64,000 bases of DNA, from positions 329,282,001-329,346,000 of the forward strand of contig OZ024741.1 of NCBI GenBank assembly GCA_964016885.1, in the 5' to 3' direction. The notes under the pieces were generated by a model. That model was not told the origin of the DNA, searched no databases, and saw only the letters and a list, made by a program, of their open reading frames with translations. The translations under genes and the position numbers were made by a program. Source of the stretch: Eledone cirrhosa. Lineage: Eukaryota. This document shows, piece by piece, positions 55,040 to 64,000 of this stretch. Position 1 is the first letter of the stretch. The number at the start of each line of letters is the position of its first letter.

Positions 55040-55916
55040 TTACCAGTGGAACAATACCTACAGGTTAGCAATTAAATAGAAAAAAGCTAAGTCAGAATCA
55101 AATCTCTGAATTAGAGTTTTAAATTACCAACCTTATAATTCAGAGATTTGATTCTGACTTAGCTTTTTTCTATTTAATTGCTAACCTGTAGATATTGTTC
55201 TCCATACAGTAACGGTTAAACTCACATGTAATAATCCTTTATACACATCTCACTGTGTAACACACTTCTCTCTGTGTAATATATTTGTATTTGAGCTCAG
55301 ATGAAAATTATCTGTTCTTCTTTGAGCTAATATTATTATTAGTGTGAACTGCGGAATACTTTAATTCCGATCTTTGTATATTTAATGAGCTCCAGTTTGT
55401 TGAGCTAATAAATTTGAATGGTTCGGCTGCTCTCTCTCTAGCATTTTCCCCAATCCATGAGAGCCGTTATTTGATGTAAATAAACACGTGATTTCGCCCC
55501 ACTCTGGGCAGCGTGTATATTAGCTTTCTCTCTACCCATTAGGCTAGATGTGTTGTGAACAACACCCATACTTGCTGATTGAGGAACCTGTGCGCTGTTA
55601 CACCGCACATTTCTGTGGCGAAAGGAACTAGATTCGTATCCGCAAGCTTATAGTTATAAGGTTGGTAATTTAAAACTCTAATTCAGAGATTTGATTCTGA
55701 CTTAGCTTTTTTTCTATTTAATTGCTAACCTGTAGGTATTGTTCTCCATACAGTATCGGTTAAACTCACATGTAATAATTCTTTACACACATCTCAATGT
55801 GTAGCACACTTCTCTGTGTAATATATTTGTATTTGAGCTCAGATGAAAATTCTCTGTTGTTCTTTGAGCTAATATTATTATTACTGTGGACTGCGGAATA
55901 CTTTAATTCCGATCTT

Positions 55917-55918
<2 letters not shown>
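55040..55918. repeat. Unassigned element with inverted (55040-55200) and direct (55135-55378 / 55678-55918) repeats, between (TA)n tracts
   Basis: Repeats visible directly; the architecture resembles the PLE pLTR insertions. Confidence 0.6.
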
Positions 55919-55973
<55 letters not shown>

Positions 55974-56044
55974 CTATGTGTACAGAATGCAAAAAAGATC
56001 GTGTTAAAGAGTAACGAACAGGAATTACATCACATCCTAATATT

Positions 56045-56440
56045 AACAATAGCAACAGCAACAAAAACAACAACAAGAGTACCAACAACAACAACCTCAG
56101 CCACACCAGACCAATTGAACAACAACAACAACAACAACAGCAACAACATCACCAACAACAACAACCTCAACCACACCAGAACAGTTTAGCAACCAGCAAC
56201 AACAGCAGCAGCTACAAGAACAATAACAACAACACCAACAACAACAGCAGCAACAACACCACCACCACCAACAACAACAATAACAACAACACCACCAACA
56301 ACAACAACAACAACAATCTCAGCCACACCAGAACAATTTAGCAACCAACAACAACAGCAGCTACAAGAACAATAACAACACCAACAACAGCAACAACAAC
56401 CTCAGCCATACCAGAAAGATTTAACAACCAGTAACAACCC
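56045..56440 (+). repeat. (CAA)n-rich degenerate minisatellite
   Basis: Recurring ctcagccacaccagaaca.tttagcaacc unit among CAA/CAG triplets. Confidence 0.7.
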
Positions 56441-56720
56441 AATGAATCGTAGTATTATGTTCAGATCGAAAATTACAATGGCGGTACATCCGGCACAGGA
56501 TGGTGCTGTCTATCTCGGATGTTTTGTTACGTTACAAATGAAATAGCCACACCATCATGCCATCCTTATTCTAGTGTTTGCTGTATTTTTTTAACACTAT
56601 TATATTCTATAAATTCTTCTATATATAACAACACCCTTTAGAAAATGATTCGATTCTGTAACTGTTTGATAAACACCTACAGGCAGCTAAGAGTAACAAT
56701 TATATTATTTCAATTTATAA

Positions 56721-56914
56721 GGGCGGTGGATGGCAGTATCCGTAGAGGGTCAGACGCCATGCTTTGCAGCAAAGAGTTACGGCCCTTGCCATTCTGAGTT
56801 CGAATGCCGCCGATGTTAACTTTGCCTTTCATCCTTACGGGATCGATAAAATAAAGTACCAGTAATACACTGGGATAATTGCTGGCCTTGTGCTAAAAAA
56901 GTAGAAACAATTAT
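56721..56914 (+). mobile_element. tRNA-derived SINE (family 1)
   Basis: Consensus match. Confidence 0.85.
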
Positions 56915-58129
56915 TTCATTTTAATACATACTTGTTGTTTGTTTTTTGTTTTGTTGTTGTTGTTGTTTTTTGTATTTTTGTGGGGATGGGGGAATGTTTG
57001 TTGCTGTGACTATGATATTTGTTGATGTTGCTGTTGCTGTTGTATTTGTTTTTGTTGATTTTTTTCTTTTTTTTTTGGCTCTTGTTATGGATGTTACTAA
57101 TATTAAATAAGCATAATTGCGTTTCTATAGTTGCTGTCGTTGTTGGTGTTTCTTCTTCTTCTTCTTCTTCTTTTCTTCATCATCATCTTCTTTTTCATCA
57201 TCATCTTCTTCTTCTTCTTCTTCTTCTTCTTCTTCTTCTTCTTCTTCTTCTTCTTCTTCTTCTTCTTCTTCTTCTTTATTCTTCTTCTTCTTTTTATACT
57301 TCTTCGTCATCATCTTATTATTATCATTATCCTCCTTCTTGTAAATGTGGTTGTTTTTGCTTTTGATATTAAATTAATGTTTGACATCGACTTTCCTATT
57401 CATCCTTCCGAGGTCAATAAAATAAAGTAGCAGTTACGTACCGGGGTTTTTTACGGTCTGAGTTCAAATCTCGTCGAGGTTAGCTTTGCCTGTCATCCTT
57501 CCGATGTCGATAAAATAAAGTACCAGTAACGCACTGGTGTCGATTTAATCGACTTTCCCCTTCCACAACATTTCTGTCCAGTATCTAAATCAAAAACTAT
57601 TATTCCACATCTAGATTTTTATATTTTATATACTTTAATTCGTTTCCCTTTGATTGTATTTATTTACTTGTTTTCGTTGTTGTTGATTGTTTTGTTCTTT
57701 TTGTTAAATTCATGGATGTAAATAGTACAATGAATGTTTCTGACATAGGTACCGGGCAGATATTTCTTAGGGGAGGGAACAGGCGAACAAATAAACCCCC
57801 ACTTTTGTTTTTAGTGGTATTCTATTTTATCGATCCCGGTGGTTGAAAGACAAAGTTGATTTCAATAGGATTTGAACTTAGAATGTAAAGAACCGTCACC
57901 AAATACTTCAAGGTATTATGTCTAACATTCAAACCATCCTAGCTATTTCGGTAAGTAACGGTTTTTAATTTTGGCACATGGCCAGCAATTTGAGGAGGGG
58001 AACAAATTGATTATTACATTGACTCCTTATTTCGCGACTCCGGATGAAACGCTAATTCAAACTCGGTGGAATTTGAACTCAGAACGTAAAGGTCTGGAAT
58101 GGTAACTAATACAAGTATTTATTACTGAG

Positions 58130-58201
58130 ACTAGCAGAAAAACCACCCATCGGGTGGTTTTCTGCTAGCATGTGTAGTGTGTATATTGATATTATACGCA
58201 A

Positions 58202-58274
<73 letters not shown>

Positions 58275-58878
58275 GATATGATACATCAAATAAAATCGTA
58301 ATTGACAATATATAATACATAGAAATTGAATGAAGACTGCGTTATGCTGTCTTATTTAATCAGTAACGTAATCCATGATACATTAAAAAAGACGATATTA
58401 TATATAGACTGCATTAGCAGAAAATTAGTGACAGAAAATTAGTATGTTTATTTAAGCGATGGTCAACCGGAAGTGGTGACATTTCAGAAATTTTAAAGCA
58501 GTGAATCTTTAAATAAACAAAATATATTTAATCAACAGCCACGAAATTTAGTAGATAAATTATATAATAGTCATTCATTATTTATTCAAAGGAATTCAAA
58601 GGGCGGTGAATTGGCAGTATTGGTAGAGGGTCAGACATGCTTTCCAGCGTAGTTACGTCCCTTTACGATCTGAGTTCAAACCCCGCGAGGTTAACTTTGC
58701 CTTTCATCCTTACGGGGTCGATAAAATAAAGTACCAGTAATGTACTGGGTAATTGCTGGCCTTGTGCCAAAAGTAGAAACAATTATTTATTCAAAGGAAT
58801 CCAACTTATTTTACTAATGGGATAAAAAATTATAAATCGTACGCAATCCCGCGCTCCTTACTTTATTATAGTTTAGAT
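58130..58878 (+). mobile_element. Helentron/DINE-1-like HINE with nested SINE (58600-58788)
   Basis: 5' actagcaga with perfect hairpin, aaccggaagtggtgacattt, 3' ctttattatagtttagat. Confidence 0.45.
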
Positions 58879-59682
58879 GTTCAATACCACGTGATATATT
58901 GGGGTATAGCGTCATTAGATTATATAATTACCTGGTGCTGTGTGATGAGGTCACGTGGTGAGGTTAGGTGGTGGTTTCAGGTGGTGGAGTTATGTGGTGA
59001 GGTTTGGTGATGAGTTCAAGTGGTGAAGTCACGTGGTGAAGTCACGTGATGAGGTCACGAGGTGATGTACGGTGGTGAGGTTAGGTGGTGAGGTTATGTG
59101 GTGTAGCAGTTACTGTCTTTAACTACAGATACATAATGATGGAGATTTTCTCATCTTTTCTTTTGTTATAATTGTCGTCGGCGGCGGCCATGAGGGTGGG
59201 AGTATGATGGTGTTCCGCGTGATAGTCAAGAAATTTATTATGTTGCTGATGATGATCATGGTGGTGATGATGATGATGATGATGAAAATTATGATGCGGA
59301 TAATCATAATGATGACGAAGAAGAAGAAGAAGAAGAAGAAGAAGAAGAAGAAGAAGAAGAAGAAGAAGAAGAAGAAGAAGAAGAAGAAGAAAAAGAAGAA
59401 GAAGAAGAAATGGTTGTGCAGGAATGCGGATCATTTACATCTAAATATAACGTCCACATATAGAATTATATTTATTGCTCCAGTGTGGAGAAATTTCTAT
59501 TTAAAAACCGATTCTGGTGAAAGAATTAACCTGCTTGGATATATAAAACCAGAAGACATCGGTGTTGGGGCATAATTTCAAACTCTTAGCCTTTTGGACA
59601 TGTCCGAGATATTCACTCGCTATACGAAAGTAAAAACCCCTCTCTCTCTCTATATATATATATATATCGCTTGCTTGCTCTC

Positions 59683-59809
<127 letters not shown>

Positions 59810-59818
59810 ATATACACA

Positions 59819-59901
<83 letters not shown>

Positions 59902-59988
59902 ATATACACATATATATATATATATACATATATATATATTTATATATATATATATATACACATATATATATATATATACATATATATA

Positions 59989-60032
<44 letters not shown>

Positions 60033-61561
60033 CGTTTATATATATATATATATATATGAGTATAAATTCAGCGAGAATCGCATTTCCGCGGGTAGAAATA
60101 TATATATATATATATAGTTGATAAATGAAACAAACAAAACACAAGAGGCAATTTTCACACAGTTATATTACGCTTGGTGGAAGTGGGGAATATATAAACG
60201 TTTTAAATATAAACCCTTTGTACGCAACATATTTTGGGTTGTTGTTTTTGGGGGGTTGTTTTTTTTTTTTCTTAAGAAGCTAAAGACGATTGATGTGAAA
60301 CATCTTTAGAGCGTCGGACCATGGAGGTGGGGGGCTTAATGGTTAGCCTTGTTTGAGTCATGTTCGGAAGGTGGTGATTTCGATTCTTGGACCGGTCAGC
60401 GCGTTTACCTTTCGTTAAGCAATATATCTCACGTTGCTCCAGAGACATTTAGCGGGTAAATAAATGAGTTATATCTGTAATTAAAAATGCCAGTCTTTTC
60501 ACACACGGTTTCACGTTTGATCTCCCTGAGAACTACATTAAGAATACACGTGTCTGTGGAATTTTCAGCCACTGGCACGTTAATTTCTAAAGCATGCTTT
60601 GTTTTTGTTGTTGTTGTTTTTTTTTTGTTTTTCTTCTTGTTCCATTGCTCAAAGAACTGAAAACCACATCGACGGAAACGGCGAAGTTCCAACACACTCT
60701 CATATATAATCTCTATGAAGCCATGTGGTTTAGATGTTAAGGTGTTTGGTTCATGATCGTTAGGTCGTGAGTTCGATTCTCAACAGCGCGTTGTATCCTT
60801 GAGCAAGACACTCTATTTCACGTTGCTCCAGTTTACTTAGCTGGTAGAAATTAGTTGTTACTGTAGTTCGAATAGGTTAGATAGCGTTGTTACACATCGT
60901 GGAGTGCTACATCTCCCTGAGATGAAAGAAATATGTGTGTTTTTAATGTTTAGGCACTTGCACGTTCAATTCGCTATTAGGGTGCATCGTTGATAGAATC
61001 ACCTGAAAGAAACGTGACTGTAGAATGCTCAGCCATTTACAAGTTAATTTCCTGGGCAGATTGTTCATTGATCGAAAAAAATAGAAGACACAGCGTCGGA
61101 ACTAATGAAACGCCAACGCACACACAAACATAGGCTCAAGCACACATAACACACACACACTTACACACACTCACACACACACTCACACACGCGTGCACCC
61201 ACTCACGCATACACGCACACAACGATATACTCACACACACAGCACACACACACACTCCCACACAAAAACACACTCCCACACACACACATATACTCACACA
61301 AACACACCCTCATGTACACACACACTCATACTTACAAAAATACACACTCACATAAACACACACAAACACACACTCAAGTCCACACGCATCACACACGCAC
61401 AGACACATGGGATAATTCTCTGAACTAACTAACCACTGAACAGGAAGTTCAGAGGCAGGTCTCATTTTATGAGATAAAAGATAGGATCAAGATATAAAGA
61501 GAATCGACCATCGTTTTAAACCAGGTGCACAAGACAATCCTCTTTTAGTTTCTTTGGTTTT

Positions 61562-61646
<85 letters not shown>

Positions 61647-61758
61647 CTATCTCTCTATCTCTCTATCTCTCTCTTTCTCTCTCTCTCCATATATATATAT
61701 ATATATATTATAACCGTATATTAATATATATATATATATATATACATATATATAATAT

Positions 61759-61796
<38 letters not shown>

Positions 61797-61836
61797 TACA
61801 TATATAATATTATATAAATATATATATATATATATA

Positions 61837-62035
61837 ACGAAGGAAATGAGGTAAGGAACCAGGTGGACCATAACGCACCAAAGTACTCATAACTTAGGGT
61901 AGTAGAGTGGGTAATAGGAACGAGTAGGACCCCGACGGCTGAGCTCAAGACGTTTCGACGGCTAATTCTGGACTTAAAAAGAAAAAAAAATTACCCGTTG
62001 AAACGGCTTGAGCTCAGCCGTCGGGGTCCTACTCG

Positions 62036-62039
<4 letters not shown>
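61837..62039. mobile_element. Naiad pLTR head-to-head insertion in (TA)n
   Basis: Minus arm 61837-61974, ~23 nt filler, plus arm 61998-62039. Confidence 0.85.
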
Positions 62040-62101
<62 letters not shown>

Positions 62102-62159
62102 ATATATTATATATCATATATATATATATATATATATTATATATCATATATATATATAT

Positions 62160-62220
<61 letters not shown>

Positions 62221-62280
62221 CATATATATATATTATATATTATATATTATATATATATATTATATATTATATATATATAT

Positions 62281-62321
<41 letters not shown>

Positions 62322-63504
62322 CTTCATTATAGTTATCTTTTTTATAGGACTCCAGGTTTATAGCAATTCATTCATTCATTTTAATCATTCATAGTTCTTT
62401 TTATTTATCTATTTATTTATTGATGTATTTCTTTATTTCTTTATTTCTATATGGTTTTCCATTCCAAATGATACGTTATCGGCGACGATTAACTTCACAG
62501 CTTGAGAAATCATATGACATTTTATATGAGCAAAGGTTACTGATCGTTGATAATTATCTGCTTTTCTCATTTCATGCGGATCTCGTAGGTGGATGCAGCC
62601 TGGCTGAATGTTTAAGAGATTCTCTTAGTAACAATTAGATCCCGTGTTCGAACCCCGAGCGTTGTATGCTGGGCAAGTGTTTTTACCATAACTACGGGTC
62701 CACCCATGCTTTGCGAGTGAAATTGGGTATATTGAAGTTATGAGATTCGCTTAACAATCATTAGTTCACGAATTCGATTCCAGAGAGTTTCATCTTGAGC
62801 AAGTGTCATTTATTCGGGTCGACTCATACATTATGGCGGAAGTTGGGTGGACAGAAACAGTCAAACGGACTGTACCTGTAGTTCAAAGGGGACTAACGTT
62901 GTCACACAGTTTGATGTTGAATATCCGGGGAAATTATGTTGAGTGTATACGTGTCATTGGAAAGATCCGTCATTTTTACATATGAATATTCACTCCACAT
63001 AGGTCTCGGTCCAGCGGCACTTTGGACAAGCTAGTCTACTATAAAACTTCGAATTGACCAATGCCTTATGAATAGAATTTGGTAAATAGAAACTGCAGGT
63101 GCCCATAGTATATGTGTGTATGTGTTTGTTCGTGTGTATGTGTCTGTGTCTATGTGTTCTGTATGTGTGTCTATGCATGTGTCTGTATGTGTGTGCATAT
63201 GCATTTGTATTTCTGTGTGTGTGTATGCCTCGTAACACAACAGTTCGACAAAAGGTGATCGATAAAATAAGTGGCAGACTTGAAAAACATAAATACTGGG
63301 AAGGAGGGAGGTCATTTTTATTCATTAAATCAAGGTGGTTTGATGACTGAACGAAGTAAAAAATATAGAGGAATAAAAGAATAAGAAATATAGAGCCGGT
63401 GTTCTACAGGCTAGATTTAATGCCTGAATTCTGAGCTAACAACGGCCATCACATCATGTAAGCTTTTTGTAACACCACAAACAATAAAAAAAATTGAAAT
63501 GTCT

Positions 63505-63695
63505 AATAATTGTTTCTACTTTTAGCACAAGGCCAGCAATTATCCCAGTGTATTACTGGTACTTTATTTTATCGACCCTGTAAGGATGAAAGGCAAAGTT
63601 AACCTCGGCGGGATTTGAACTCAGACCATAAAGGGCCGTAACTCTTTGCTGCAAAGCATGGCGTCAGACCCTCTACCGATGCTGCCAATCCACCA
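63505..63695 (-). mobile_element. tRNA-derived SINE (family 1)
   Basis: Consensus match. Confidence 0.85.
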
Positions 63696-64000
63696 ATTCT
63701 CTCTAACATTGACACAAGGCCATCAATTTTGAGGAAGGGGAAAGTCGATTAAATCGACCCAGTACCACATACCACATCCCTACTCACAGCTATCGGTGTG
63801 AAGTTGACTACCCAACGAGCCAACTTCACAGGTGCGAGCCCTGCGAGGTGAAGTGACTGTTCCAGCGCGCCCCCCTCAACATTCTCCGGGGCAATGTCTT
63901 CTCCATCTTGTCCGCCGAGACCTCGTGGTTGACTGACCCTTAAGCTTTATTTATGGTGGTTGCCTGTGGAATATATATACTGAGGCTTTAGCACATAGTA

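Noticed and set aside
56466-56546. Exon with a WSC-like YLGCF motif
   Set aside because: It is too short, hits a stop shortly afterwards, and has no supporting domain residues.
58940-59103. Interstitial telomeric repeat
   Set aside because: It is a degenerate gtggtgaggt(c/t)a(c/g) minisatellite, not TTAGGG.

Overview
AT-rich, microsatellite-saturated eukaryotic non-coding DNA. The SINE and repeat content looks cephalopod (Octopus-like); this is an inference. I found no convincing host gene. Almost all complex sequence is transposon-derived: (1) three degraded ORF-bearing Penelope-like elements of Naiad type (RT + GIY-YIG; 13-16.5 kb, 38.5-42.1 kb, 49.8-54.7 kb) plus many short, often palindromic pseudo-LTR insertions in (TA)n; (2) two Tx1/L1-like LINEs; (3) an internally deleted mariner and three MITEs; (4) RTE 3' ends, Helentron-like HINEs and many tRNA-derived SINEs. 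The main observation is a dense hammerhead ribozyme (HHR) landscape of about 15 motifs from about 8 repeat families. One is an extended type I HHR whose core reads UUGANAA instead of CUGANGA (compensatory U3-A8 pair). It has a full stem III, a bulged stem I and a long loop II, and it lies in a pLTR module shared by three sequence variants. Inversion breakpoints of the short insertions cluster inside this fold. All RNA structures were folded by eye and need computational and in vitro confirmation.
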